Shown: positions 40,422 through 54,401 of the stretch, piece by piece
Position numbering within the stretch: the first letter of the stretch is position 1
Layout of the letters: every line of letters begins with the position of its first letter
Assembly: GCF_009914755.1 (NCBI RefSeq)
Contig: NC_060931.1
DNA: 64,000 nucleotides
From: the human T2T-CHM13v2.0 reference genome, Homo sapiens
Reading direction: 5' to 3' (one strand)
Program-made: the position numbers and the translations under genes
Notes under the pieces: generated by a model
What the model was told of the DNA's origin: nothing
The model's database searches: none
What the model saw: the letters and a program-made list of their open reading frames with translations, nothing else

Positions 40422-42668
40422 CAATAAACTAGGTATTGAAGGAATATACCTCAAGATAATAAGAGCCATGTATGACAGACCGATGGGCAACATCATACTG
40501 AATGGGCAAAAGCTGGAAGCATTCCCCTTGAAAATCAGCATAAGACAAGGATGCCCTCTCTCACCATTCCTATTCAATGTAGTATTGGAAGTCCTGGCCA
40601 GAGCAACTAGGCAAGAGAAAGAAATAAAGAACATCCAAATAGGAAGAGAGGAAGTCAAACTATCCCTGTTTGCAGATGACATGATTCTATATATAGATAA
40701 CTCCATAGTCTCTGCCCAAAAGCTCCTTAAGCTGATAAAAAACTTCAGCAGAGTTTCAGGATACAAAATCAGTATACAACAATCACTAGCATTTCTATAC
40801 AACTGCCGAAGCCAAGAGCCAAATCAGGAATGCAATCCCATTCACAATTGCCACAGAAAGAATGAAATACTTAGGAATACAGATAACCAGGGAGGTGAAA
40901 GATCTCTCCAGTGAGAATTACAAAACATTGCTCAAAGAAATCAGAGATGACACAAACAAATGGAAAAATATCCCATACAGATGGACAGGAAGAATCGATA
41001 TCATTAAAATGGCCAACCTGCTCAAAGCAATTACAGATTCAATCTTATTCCTATCTAACTACCAATGACATTATTCACAGAACTAGAAAAAAGTATTTAA
41101 AAAATCTCATGGAACCAAAAAAGAGCCCAAATAGCCAAGGCAATCCTAAGCAAAAAGAACAAAGCTGGAGGTGTCACATACCCATCTTCAAACTATACTA
41201 CAGGGTTACAGTGACCAAAACAGTATTGTACTGTTACAAGAACAGACACATAGACCAATGGAACAGGATAGAGAGATCAGAAATAAAGCTGCACACCTGC
41301 AACCACTTGATCTTTGACAAAGCTGATACAAACAAGCAATGGGGAAAGGACTCCCTATTCAATAAATGGTGCTGGGATAATTGACTAGTCGTATGCAGAA
41401 GATTGAAACTGGACCCCTTTGTTACATCACATACAAAAATAAACTCAAGGTGCATTAAAGACTTCAATGTAAAACCCCAAACTAAAAAAACCCTGGAAGA
41501 CAACCTAGGCAATACCATTCTGGATGTAGGAAGGGGCAAAGATTTCACGACAAAAATGCCAAAAGCATTTGCAACAAAAGCAAAAATTGACCAATGGGAT
41601 CTATAAAGAGCTTCTGCAAAGCAAAATAAACTATTACCAGAGTGAACAGATAACCTACAGAATGGGAGAAAATGTTTGCAAGCTATGTCTCTCACAAAGG
41701 CCTAAAATCCAGCATCTATAAGGAACTTAAACAAATTTACAAGAAAAACAAAAGACCTCCTTAAAAAGTGGGCAAAGGACATGAACCGACACTTCTCAAA
41801 AGAAGACATACATGTGGCCAACAAGCATATGAAAAAGAGCTCAATAGCACTAATCATTAGAGAAATGCAAATTGAAACCACAATGAGCTACTGTCTCACA
41901 CCAGTCAGGATGGCTACTATTAAAAAGTAAGAAAATAACAGATGCTGGTGAAGTTGTGGAGAAAAGGGAACACCTATGCACTGTTAGTGGGAGTGTAAAT
42001 TAGTTCAACCATTCTGGAAGCAGGTTGGTGATTCCTCAAAGAGATAAAAAAGAACTACCATTTGATCCAGCAATCCCATTACAGGGAATATACCTAAACA
42101 AATATAAATTGTTCTATCATAAAGACACATGCATGCATATGTTAATTGCAGCACTATTCACAGTAGCAGAGACATGGAATCAACGTAAATGTCCATCAAT
42201 GATAGACTGGATAAAGAAAATGTGGTGCATATACACCACTGAATACTATGCAGCCGTAAAAATGAATGAGATCATGTTCTTTTCAGGAATATAAAGGGAG
42301 AAAAGAACATTTATATTCTTTTCAGGAATATAAAGGGAGCTGGAGACCATTATCCTTAGCAAACTAACTCAGGAACAGAAAACCAAAAACCACATGTTCT
42401 CACTACTAAGTGGGAGCTAAATAATGAGAACACATGGACATACAGAAGGGAACATCAGACACTGGCACTTACCTGAAGGTAGAAGGCACCTGAAGGTAGA
42501 AGATGAGAGGAGGGAGAGGATCAGAAAAAACAAACAAACAAATAAACAAACAAAAAAAAACTATTGGGTACTAGGCTTAGTACAGTGATGAAATAATCTA
42601 TACAACTACCCCTGTGACATGAGTTTACCTATATAACCTGCAAATGAACATAAAATGAAAGTTAAAAA
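40422..42668 (+). mobile_element. 5'-truncated L1PA15/16-like element (RT to 3'UTR)
   Basis: ORF 40393-40914 has RQGCPLSP and LFADDMI RT motifs; ORF2 C-terminal remnants; 3'UTR 'aactattgggtactaggcttagtac'. Confidence 0.93.
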
Positions 42669-42724
42669 AAGTAATATAGGAAGGAAAAGACTAAAAGAGA
42701 ATATCCATCTCTAGTACTGCTAGA

Positions 42725-42767
42725 AATATATATATTCATATATATGTATATATATGTATATACATGC

Positions 42768-42806
<39 letters not shown>

Positions 42807-42833
42807 TTTGTGTGTACGTATTTTTTTTTTTTT
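42725..42833. repeat. Compound (TA)/(CT)/(GT)/poly-T simple repeat
   Basis: Directly visible. Confidence 0.9.
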
Positions 42834-43365
42834 ACTAGGCCATGAATTACTATGGAATTTTGGGTCACACCAACAACTTAGGTCCTAAAACACAATAATG
42901 GCATTGTTTATTTCTCTTTTTGTAAAACGAAAGTCGACTCAAAAAAACCTTTGTCTTCATATTAACCTTTTGTTTATGTAATATGCTAGAGTAGCATTTG
43001 CTTTCTTTCCATGGTCTGTACGAAAGAGTGACTAAATGTGGTTTAATGCTTTGTTCCAGCCAGTGTGTGCCAAATATAAGATGCAAGAAAAAAAAATGAC
43101 CTTTTAAAGTCTGACTCCTTGTAGATGATGGTTGCCAAAAAGAAGCCAGCTTATAGGTTGATTTAATGAATGGACCAATCCGTTATGAATAGGACAAGAC
43201 CTACTTGAGACTGCTACTGACTATAAGCCTGTTTCAGATGTTTTATCCAACTAAGTGTCTGTAGAGTCTGTTTTTGTCCTTGGTTTATCTTATTTTGGCA
43301 ATCTATGTTGTATCTTTAATTCAGATTCTTTTGACTACTACGTAGAGGAAGAGAAGACAAATAAA

Positions 43366-43370
<5 letters not shown>

Positions 43371-43417
<47 letters not shown>

Positions 43418-43418
43418 T
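43371..43418. repeat. (GT)n microsatellite
   Basis: About 20 GT units plus a short extension. Confidence 0.98.
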
Positions 43419-44118
43419 AGGAGGAGAAGGAAAACAGTTCGAGGAATTAAGGGTAATGTCTTCTCAGGACTAGAAAACTAGAATCTGATGAAATAATTTG
43501 AGAATACCCCCATTTCCCAGAAAAAACAGAAACAAGTCACGTATTTGGAAGCTCTTTTGAGATCCAGAACAATTTGTAGAGGATCTCTGTGGGAGTTGTT
43601 GAAAATCTAAGGGCAATGGTACACCTAGACACGGTTTGAGAAGGGAGAAGAAAACCTGTGATGAATTATTATCTTCCTATATATAAAGGGAACGGCAAGA
43701 GTGGTGTAGGGAATAGGAATAGAAAGAAACATCTAAAATATGTTGCGTTTTTTGTTGGGAAGATGCTCTACCCCTTTAATACTGCTCAACTTCCTAATGC
43801 TTGTCACTTTTGTATTTGTCACACAAATTGATTGTGAATTCTCTAGTTCTTGAACCATATCGTGATAACTATCAAAATATATAATAAGATCATTTTGAAT
43901 TGAACTATAGATAGGGTTCTTCTGTGTAATCTTCTTCGGGTGTTTATGTTATGTCATGTGATGTGACTTCATTTAAAGGAACTTCACTTAGGATAATTTA
44001 CATCCTGAGAAATAGCTCTGACTTCTAGAGTTTCTTTTTCCCCCCTTAGACATCATTTTAAGAGTTTCTCAACTAGTGTGTTTTTGGGAGTTCACAGACT
44101 CATAAAGAAATGTGATAA

Positions 44119-44274
44119 GGCTGGGTGTGATGGCACATGCCTGTAATCCCAGCACTTTGGGAGGCTGAGGTGGGAGAGTTGCTTGAGGCCAGGAGTTCAA
44201 GACCAGCCTGGGCAGCATAGTGAGACCCTCTCTCTCTCACTGCCCTCTGCTCTCTCTCTCTATATATATATATA
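44119..44274 (+). mobile_element. FLAM_C / Alu monomer with a (CT)n(TA)n tail
   Basis: Monomeric Alu flanked by aaagaaatgtg repeats. Confidence 0.88.
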
Positions 44275-44500
44275 AAAGAAATGTGGCACAAATATACTAT
44301 GACATGGAAAAATATGTTTCTAAGAAGTAAGAGATTGTATTACTTACCAATGTAGATACCATTCCTAACTAATGCAGTGCCTGGAACAATATATGTGCTC
44401 AATTATTTGTTGGCTGAGTAGACAAGGTACATGTTCTGTTAGTTCCAAGCAGAATAAATGACATGATACGCTGTCTTGGACTTTTTCTTTTACTTTTCAG

Positions 44501-44511
44501 GGTATAATCAG
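44501..44511 (+). other. Candidate 11-nt micro-exon
   Basis: ctttttcttttacttttcag | GGTATAATCAG | gtgagt; near-consensus sites on both sides. Confidence 0.4.
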
Positions 44512-45049
44512 GTGAGTAAAATAAAAATAATTGTGATACCAAATTGATTTGTAATTCAGACTTGGAAACTCAGGAGTTTCTGGGTCATTAAATGATGGTC
44601 AGGGCTGAATCTACATAATCTACATTAACTGCTAGTTTGACCCTGAAAACCTGTCCAGAATGCACTGACATTAAAGAGGCAAGGAATTATGAACTGCAGC
44701 CTTCCTGGATACATAATTTATTTCCTTTCGTATAACATTTACCTTGAATAGTGATAAGTGTATTAGATTATCATAAATAATAAGTCAGATAAGCCTGTTT
44801 TATTTTGGAATTTTAAAATTAAAAACTTAAGAGAGAGTACAATAGAAGAAAGGGAATGAATTGGATTATGAAGTAACATATTTTATAATAGTAAAATTAA
44901 AATAAAATTTTAATTATGATCTTCATATTTTCTCATATAATTAGAACTGGGGAAGTTGTCAGTTGATGATCTGGGGTATTTTACTCTTGATAATCTGCTA
45001 GATTAAGTTTCTAAAGGGTAGGGATAATGTGTTACCCAAACAACCTTTT

Positions 45050-45260
45050 ATTTTAAAAATTTTTTGAGGTAAAAATATACATACATAATTTGCTATGTGT
45101 AGAGTTTAAATACATTTATATTATTCCCCCAACCACTTCATTCCCATGATCCCAACCTCTGGATTCTGGTACTGAGAACTCTACTTTCTATCTTCATGAG
45201 ACTCACTTTTTTAGCTCCTGCACATGAGTGAGAACATGTGATATCTGTCTTTATGTGGCA
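45050..45260 (-). mobile_element. L1MA 3' fragment
   Basis: 'ttttagctcctgcacatgagtgagaacatgtgatatctgtcttt'. Confidence 0.7.
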
Positions 45261-45283
45261 TTCTTCTTTGAATTCCTAAGTCC

Positions 45284-46472
45284 CTTTTTTTCAATGTTTA
45301 TTTTAGATTCGGGGGGTACATATGCAGGTTTGTTACCTGGGTATATTGCTTGATGCTGAGGTTTGGGGCACAAATGATCCCATCACTCACGTACTAAGCA
45401 CAGTACCCAATAGTTAGTTTTTCAACCAATTTCCCCCCCTCTCCCTCCCCGCCCAGGAGTCCCCAGTTTCTGTTGTTACCATCTTTATGTCCAAGAGTAC
45501 TCAATAGTTAGTTCTCACTTATAAGTGAGAACATGTGGTTTTCTGTTCTTGCATTAATTCTCTTAGGATAATGGCCCCCAGATGCATCCATGTTGGTGCA
45601 AAAATATGATTTCGTTCATTTTTATGGCTGCATAGTATTCCATAGTTTATATGTACAACATTTTCTTCATCCAATCCACCACTGACATGCACCTAGGTTG
45701 ATTTTGTGTCTTTGCTAGTGTGAATAGCGCTGCAATAAATATGTGAGTGCATCTGTCTTTGGTAGAACACTGTTTTCTTTCAGATATAGATCCAGTAATG
45801 GAATTGCTAGGTCAAATGGTATTTCTGTTTTAAGTTCTTTGAGAAATCTCTAAACTGGTTTTCACAGTGGCTGAATAATTTACATTCTCACCAACAGTGT
45901 ATAACCTTTTCCCTTTTCTCTGCAGCCTCACCAGCATTTGTTGTTTTGACTTTTTAAGAATAGCCATTCTGACTAGTATGAAGTAGTATCTCTTTGTGGT
46001 TTTGATTTGCACTTCTCTGATGATTAGCTATGTGGAGCATTTTTTTCATATGTTAGTTGGCTGCTTGTATGTCTTCTTTTGAGAAGAGTCTGTTCATGTT
46101 TTTTGCCCACTTTTTGATGAGGTTATTTGTTTTTTGTTTGTTGAATTATTTAAGTTCCTTAGGAATTCTGAATATTAGACCTTTGTTGGATGCATAGTTT
46201 GTAAATATTTTCTCCCATTCTGTAGATTGTCTGTTTACTCTGTTGATAGTTTATTTTTCTGTGCAAAAGCTCTTTAGTTTATTAGGTCCCACTTGTCAAT
46301 TTTTGTTTTTGTTGCAATTGCTTTTGAGAGATTAGTCATAAATTACTTCTCAATGCCAGTGTCCGGAATGGTGTTTCCTAGGTTTTCATCTAGGATTTTT
46401 ATATTTTGAGGTCTTACATTTAAGTCTTTAATTCATCTTGAGTTTATTGTTGTATATGGTGAAAGGTAGGGG
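45284..46472 (-). mobile_element. L1PA16/L1PB-like 3' portion
   Basis: Antisense 3'UTR 'gggtacatatgcaggtttgttacctgggtatattg' and ORF2 C-terminal remnant 45830-46012. Confidence 0.9.
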
Positions 46473-47881
46473 CTTAACACAAAGTATGGCCTCATTCTCT
46501 CTTCACAGGAAAGTGTAACTAATAATAGTTAAACCTTTGTTAATCAGATAACCTAGTTTTTTTGGCTAAGAACCCACCCATTAAGATCTTTGTGATTGAG
46601 TGGAAGCACTTCAGATTTCTTCAGAAATCCATTTCAGATATCATTCCCTTCCCTTAATAAGCTGTTATAGTGCAATGTTGCTTTAAAAAATGTTTGGGCC
46701 ATTTGAATGGCAAGAATGTCACCAAAAATATTATATAAAAATTTCATTTTCCATGGGGGCAAAAGGACAAAGTGCTAAAGACAGAGACTTAAATTTCTGT
46801 TTTGAATTAAATGTATCTTGAAACAAGAGGCAATACATCCTTGGTCGACTAAGGCAATGTGTAAGATAAAATACCTTTTACAGAATCCATCTTGAAAAGT
46901 ATAAGCCAATGACAGGCAATCAGTTGTTTCTCAAGAAGAGATAAGGACATAGTTAAAAGCCTTAATGTTGATAAGAAATGGGCCTGCTGGTACTTTAGGG
47001 GATGAAATGGGTTTTCTGTAGAAAAAGAGGTTTAAGTTTTCAAGAAAATTGTAAGTGCAATAAGATGTCATTGAAATGAAGTATTAGGGAATGTAAATCT
47101 TGGGTCAGAGCAATAGGCCCAAAAATCATTTTCTCGGGTTCATCTTTGCTAGATTAAGTGAGCTCAGTTTTATACTTATCACTTTCCATAACTTTTATGC
47201 TTTAATTTCCTATATCTGCCATTGATCTCTGTATTCAGCCTTGATTTTCCCTCTAACCTTGAGAATCATAGGTACACATTCCTGTTGAACATCTTCACAT
47301 GGATGTCCTACATGATCTTAAATTAATATTCCACTCTTCTTCCTTTCCACCACTGCTACCCAAGAACATTCTTTTGTCCCAGTATCCAGTCACTGTTAAT
47401 GACATCACCATTCATTCACTTGCTCAAGATAGAAAACTGGGAGTTTTCCTGGACAGGGCTGCTGCTTGCCCTTGTAGTGCTTTTGTGGAAGTTAGAAAGA
47501 GTTGACCTTTTGGTCATACAGATCCTACCTGATAAGCAAAGCTAAGGTTGAATTTTAGTCCTCACTTCCCCTCCTCTGCTGATCCTTGTTCAGCACGTGA
47601 CATGCATAACTATGGAACAATCTTCATTCTGGATTATTCTACTTTCTAACTCACATATGATCAATTTTCAACACACAAATATCCTGTAATCTGCAACACC
47701 TTTTTCTTCTCTGCTTAATTGTCCTTTAAATTAGTTAATACAGAAAAAGTATATATGTTATTTATGTGTGCTTGTTATAATGATATAGTGAACACAAGTA
47801 AACCTAGAACTTTTCCAAGAGCCAGAACATTATTAGCATTTTGCCATCCTTTTTGGCCCTTCTTATCCCTGCCCTAGTTCA

Positions 47882-47987
47882 TGCCCCCATTGTATCTCAC
47901 TTTATTGCTATAGCCTTGTGATAGACTTCAGTGCCCCCATTGTATCTCACTTTATTGCTATAACCTTGTGATAGACTTCAGTGCCCC
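47882..47987. repeat. 50-bp tandem duplication
   Basis: tgcccccattgtatctcactttattgctata(g/a)ccttgtgatagacttcag x2 followed by tgcccc; one mismatch. Confidence 0.95.
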
Positions 47988-49008
47988 AGTATGTCCATGT
48001 TAATCCACAAAGCATGTTACCACAAATTTACTGTTTCACTCCCTTGCATAAAACTCTTTGTAGATTTTCATTCCTTAGAAAAGAGCTCCTCTAAGTTGCT
48101 CAGCATACCAGGGAATGCTGTCTGAGTTCTGTCACCCACATGTGTGCCAAGCCCAATCTTGCCACTTCACAGTTTAGGCGGAACCAAACTGTGGTTCCCC
48201 AAACAGCACACTCAGCTGCTGGCTCTGCATGAGCCCAGCTGCATGTGCATTGTCCTGCCCAGCCAATCATTTCCTGTTTTCTGGAGCATCTCCCTCTATG
48301 TTTCTCTCTTAGTAGACTGCTAGCTCTTTGAAGACAGCAAATACATCTTATTTATTTTTGTTTCTAATCCAATTTCTGGAGCATATCAGGGCTTCAAATG
48401 TTTGAATTGAAATGGTGAGGAAAGAAGTTTATCTAAATGTCTTCTTGAGTGATGCCAAATGTTCATTCTAATGTTGGTTTTAGATTCAACTGGTCATTTA
48501 GACATTTGTTCTGGAGGCCTTTTAATATATATTTAATGTATATGTTTTTGTCATCATGTAAACACAATCTGTGGGTTATTTTGGGGGAAGTTTCTTAATG
48601 TGAATCTATACAGGGAATATGACAGTTAAAACAGAAAATAGTGTTGATTCCCTGCCCCCGCTACTTTTAACATAATTAAATGAACTCATAGGACTTGCTT
48701 GGTATCATGTAAACTCAGCTTACATGCAGCATTGTTCTAGGGCACTCTTAGATAAAGTTTTAGAAATTCCATTAGCACCCAGTGTATCTTCTCTTTTGTT
48801 CGCCTTTCATCTCTGGCTTTTTTTTTTCTCTTCCCCCTACCACTCAGATTCCTAATACTCTACAGCTGCTGTTAGGGTCCGCTGAGGCTCCGAGCACTCT
48901 GTGCTCCCCGGCAATTTCACTTGTTACAAGGTTTCCTCTCTATACTCTGACTTTCAGTCCACCCTTCTTACAGGGCCACCGTTTATTACTGACTATCAAG
49001 AGGAAAGA

Positions 49009-49329
<321 letters not shown>

Positions 49330-50654
49330 AAGAAATCTCATTACATTAATTTAATTAGTATATGAATACTGTTATTTAACTTAATCTGTTAACGGTCTCA
49401 AGAGTATCTAAATTTTATAAGAGGATACTTATTACGCTAAAGGAATGAAGCTTGAATGATGCATTGCGTTTAGTGGGTAGTGCATCTTGATATTTTTCTA
49501 ATCATCAAATAATGCGCATGCCAATTCCCTTTCCCACAAATCAGCCTTGCTTGAATGTCTAACTGTTCAAGTTGATCTATTTGTAAAAGAAGCAATAAAC
49601 TTTATAAATATTATTTACCGGCAAAGTGAAAGATGTACAAATCATTTCAAAATCAAGTAGGGTGATTCTTATCTGTGGAGGTCAGGCATAAGGGCAAAAT
49701 CTCAGCTCTTTATGCATAGTTGAACTTACAAGAAGCTGGTTTGCATTTTGACCTCCCTTTCTACCTTCACAACAATCTCATACTATGAGAAAACTTGGTT
49801 AGTAATGTGGGTTATTACCTTTTCTCCAGCCTTAATGCATACTATGGTGGTAACGGATGTTTGAAAACTTTAGTACCTCTTTCAAAGTGACAAATATTTG
49901 TTAAAAATATAGTATTTTCAGGGCAGTGTACAATGAATAAGACATGATTCCTGTCCTCACATAGCTTATTAGAAGCTCTCATTCCACCCAGAAAGCAGGA
50001 TGTGATAAATGTTACATAGGAGGTACAAATAGCCTCCCTAAGTTCCAAGGAGAAGATTAGTTCTATATGGCAAAGGCTGAAAATACTTTACAGAAGGGTA
50101 GCAGTGTAGCATCTGAAGAATAGCTGTAACTTCAAAATGTGGAGATGTTGGGCAAGGGTGTTCTGGATAAAAGAGGAGTGAGAGCCAGAATACAGAGGCA
50201 GGAAAGGAGAGGATGAGCGAGGGTGTGGGTGGAAGAAGTGGGTACCAGATGAGGAGGGTCTGGGTGGAAGAAAGGTCGAGGGCTAGACTATAGTAGTGCT
50301 ATACACTGTTAGTGTATAGTAAATACACTATAGAGTGTATTTACTAGACTGTAAATACACTTGAGTGTTTGACCGAGAAACACTCTTAGCACATAGCGAC
50401 TCGTTTATTTTTGGAAAAATAATTCAAGCATGTTTTGTTGCCACTTCATATATTTACATTTTAATTGTTTTAATTTTCAATGGGTCTTACTTTAGACAAT
50501 ATAACAACCCCAGTTTCTATCAATGAAGATAAAAATTTAGGAAATTGTCCCCTATTTTAACATTTAAATATTACATCTTAAAGTCTCATATTGTCTAATG
50601 AATTTTAAATTTTCTATAGTTTTAGATTGCATCAGACACGCCAATAAGTTTTAA

Positions 50655-51850
50655 CAAGTGATCATTGAGTTCCAACTATATACCAAATGTCATTTCGAGT
50701 GCTATAAATGTGACAATGTCTCTGCCCCTCATGCAGCGTAAGTTCCAGTGAGGGAGATAGACATTTACCCAATAAACAAATCAGTAAATGATCCTTAGAT
50801 GGATAAATGATCTGTGCTTTTGCTATGGCAACAAAGAACAGCAAATTCTCAGTGGCTTAAAGGAACAAGATTGATTTCCTGCATGCAGTTCTGGGATCAG
50901 CTGGGGTTAATCTATTTGATGCTTTGGGTGGGCTCTGACCTGTGCCATGTGCTTGCGATTCCAGCAGCTCTGTTGAAGGGGCAGTGGTTACCTCAGACAA
51001 ACTCTTCTCATTGTGGGGGAAGGATTTCAGGAGCACAAGAGAGCTGGTGAGACTTACCATGCCCATTGAGGTTCATTGTCACTTCCAACCATATTTTGCT
51101 GGCCAAAGCAAGTCACATGGCCAAGTCTCAAGGGACTGGGGAAGTACACACTTCCCATTGGGAGTGCTGTGGGAAAGACTGATTCTTTGCTGAATATCAC
51201 TCAGTCTACCTCAAAAAATAAACAAAAGTATGTAGGAGTAGGATCTTCAAGAGTAATGTGTATTGAAAGAAAATAAAGCCAGGTAATGGGATAGAGTACC
51301 TGGGGATAGAGCACGAAACTTCTTTAGATAAAGTGATTAGGGAAGAGGTGATGTGACTTTGGACTTGAGATCTAAATGGTGAGCAAGAGCAAGTCATGAT
51401 GAGGCCCAGGGAATAGGCATTCTGGACCTCAGCAGCAATAAGGGCAAGGACCCTGTGGTGTGAATGTGGTTGGCTTACTCCCAGGCTGGAAAGTAGACCA
51501 AAGTGGCTGAAGCCTGGCAAATAGTGGTGACTGGAGAGGAGTTCAGAGCAGCAGGCAGGAGCCAGATCACAGAGGGGAGTGTACGCCAGGCAAGGAGTCT
51601 GGATCTTACTGCAATGGGAAAACACTGGGCTTTCAAGTTAGGGTAGTGACACAATCTAAGTTTAAAATAATATCTTGTTGCTGTGTGGCTTCTGGGCCAT
51701 GGGAGTAAGGGTAGGTGAGGGTGGAAGCAGGGAGATGAATTAAGGGGCTATTGGAGGAGTCCAGGAGAGAGAGGATGGTAATGGGGAATAGGGTAATAGG
51801 AATGGAGAAAGTGAGAAATCTCATAAGGGACATGTTTTGAAGTATAATTA
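50655..51850 (-). mobile_element. L2 (antisense) interrupted by an MLT1 LTR at about 50810-51212
   Basis: L2 motifs 'tctctgcccctcatg' and 'gcaggagccagatcacagag'; MLT1 motifs 'tctcagtggcttaaa' and 'ggccaaagcaagtcacatggccaag'. Confidence 0.7.
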
Positions 51851-51921
51851 AAGAAGGATTTATTTTTCTGTTATAAGAGATCATGTGCTTTTGAATAAAC
51901 ACAGTCTGAGCAAACACAAAT

Positions 51922-52050
51922 GGCTGTGGTGGAAGGGAAAGAGCACTGGGCTTTGAGTCTGAAGATCTTTCTTTACCCAGGCTTTGCTTTAGGCTGTGTT
52001 TGACCTAGGGCAAGCTGTTAACTATTCTGAGCCTTAGTTTCCATAATTCC
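51922..52050 (+). mobile_element. MIR
   Basis: 'gaaagagcactgggctttgagtctgaaga...gggcaag...ctgagccttagtttcc'. Confidence 0.75.
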
Positions 52051-53686
52051 AACAAACAAACAAGTAAACAAACAAATAATAACCAGATAGGGAATGACAA
52101 CTAAGTCATACAATTTTTAGGTGATGAAATGTGAAAGAAATGCATATAAAATACAAGTAGCCTGCATGAGTAAGGCTTAGATGTCTTTAACATGGTCATT
52201 TCTTGGCATTCTAAAAAAAAAGTGTTTCAGATATAGGCAATTCCATAAGTTGTGCATTCTAGAAGATGACACAGTGGTGGCAGTGCTGGCTTATAAGTGC
52301 CCCTAAATGATACGTAAAATATCAATGTTGTGTCTCCCAATCTTCAAGTGAGTGCAGTCACTGAGAAATGCAGGAAGTGCTGAAGCTGGACATTTCTCTA
52401 AGCACGGATTTATGATATACATTCTTGAGAGTCACCCTTTCATAGGTTGACCTATATGCTGCTGCCAGGGATAAAGGATAGTACGCCATAAGCCTTATCA
52501 GCTAATATAGCAATATTGCTTGTAATGGAGTGATTAAGCCATTGTTTTGGTTGAAAACACCTTAGCATTGAATTGAGCTGTCAGGGATTTGCAGGAATGT
52601 AGCAATTTTTCAGACAGGGTTCTGGTGTTTTCTGATAACATCGTGTTTTATATATAATTAATACTACTGCTATTTGGCTGGTGTTTCTGAGATGTGAACT
52701 GCAATGACTTCGTAAGTCCCAGATTAAGGAGAGAGGTGATACTTTCACATCTGAATTTATTTCTCTCGTATTTTTCTTCCTCACCTGAACGAGTCTTCAT
52801 AGACCTACTGCTGGTACTTCTTATGATGAAAAGCACAGGCAATATCTCCCAAGTAAACTTAAAGCTATTTTCAGTTGGTGTTTCTAATAAAGATTCAGCT
52901 AATTACGGTTATGTATGTACCTTTGCAGCTTCAAGGTTGAACATTTGAGTCACCTTCACATAAATAATCAGCTTCCATATGTATGTGTCAGGCAGGTTCC
53001 AGGGGAAAAAAGTGAATCATTTAGTTGAAGAACCCCCCAGAGAGGATTAATATTAAGGAAACCAACAAGGGATGTGGAGGCATCCAGAAACTAGCAGCAA
53101 GGGAAGCCGTTACAGCCCCTAGGGTTGAAGGGAAAATAGCATTATTTAAGCCTGGTGAGAATTGGCGCTTTGGAGAAGGAGTTAGCTTAATATTAGTTGT
53201 AGTCCTGGAGGAATATAACTTGGCAGAAAGGTAGTCCAAAGCATAGAGTGCAAGGAGAAGAAATATGCCGATCTCCTTCTTTTCCCCAGCTCTGGCTTCC
53301 TTCTGATGATGCGCATTAGCCAAGTCCTACTTAAGCCAGGCTGCAGAGGAACTCAGATGATGTGAACCAGTTGGTCCAGTTTCCCAGCGATAAAGCAGAG
53401 AGGAGAAGAGCTGACAATAAATTTAGGCCACTAAATGAACAATAACTGCACAATCTATCATTCTCAGATGTTATACTGTACCCTGAAATTCTCCCAGTTA
53501 TCTGAAAGAGTTTTAAAATTTTTCTAAAGAATGGTTTAAGTCATCTTGTGGGGGTAATGTCAAAAAAGCCACCAATAGTATTTCAGTTATCTTAGACAGG
53601 AAATCACTGGGTCATGAGAGCATCATTGTAACCACAAGTGAATCACAGATAACTTCTAGAATATTTACTTAAGAAAGGCAAATCCA

Positions 53687-54036
53687 TAAAAAATGATGAG
53701 TTCATGTCCTTTGTAGGGACTTGGATGAAGCTGGAAACCATCATTCTCAGCAAACTCTTGCAAGGACAAAAAACCAAACACCGCATATTCTCACTCATAG
53801 GTGGGAATTGAACAATGAGAACACATAGACACAGGAAGGGGAACATCACACACCTGGGCCTGTTGTGGGGTGGGGGGAGGGGGGAGGGATAGCATTAGGA
53901 GATATACCTAGTGCTAAATGACGAGTTAATGGGTGCAGCACACCAACATGGCACATGTATACATATGTAATTAACCTGCATGTTGTGCACATGTACCCTA
54001 AAACTTAAAGTATAATAAAAAGATAAAAAAGATAAA
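53687..54036 (+). mobile_element. Short 5'-truncated L1PA3/4-like 3' end
   Basis: L1PA 3'UTR with G-rich tract, ending 'atgtaccctaaaacttaaagtataat' and an A-rich tail. Confidence 0.95.
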
Positions 54037-54401
54037 TTGAACTACTTCTGAGATAGATTTTTAAATTCAGATTAGTGAATTTTACACTAATTTAATTACA
54101 TTAATTAAAATGCCTATTAGTTTATCCAAAACCAAAGAAAGAATGAAGAAATTTTAAAACAATCTAAGAAAATGTAAAATACCATAGAAACTGCTAGATT
54201 TTGTGAATTTAATATAAAAGGAAGTATCCATATTGATATTATTCTGAACTAGATGGAATTTCTATACCAATTCGGAAGTACATTTTTATATTATATATCA
54301 TTTGGGTAGTATATTTTTTTATTGTTTTCTTATAACTACAGATCATTGTATAGGATTTTTGATTTCTTAGTTTCTAATAAAATATGAAAGTGTAAAAAAA
54401 A
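54037..54401 (+). other. L1-mediated 3' transduced segment
   Basis: Non-L1 AT-rich DNA, AATAAA at 54376-54381, second poly(A) at 54394, then TSD aagaaaggcaaatcca (54402-54417) matching 53671-53686. Confidence 0.9.

Noticed and set aside
40393-40914. 173-aa reverse transcriptase ORF as a novel RT system
   Set aside because: It is a fragment of a 5'-truncated, frameshifted L1 ORF2.
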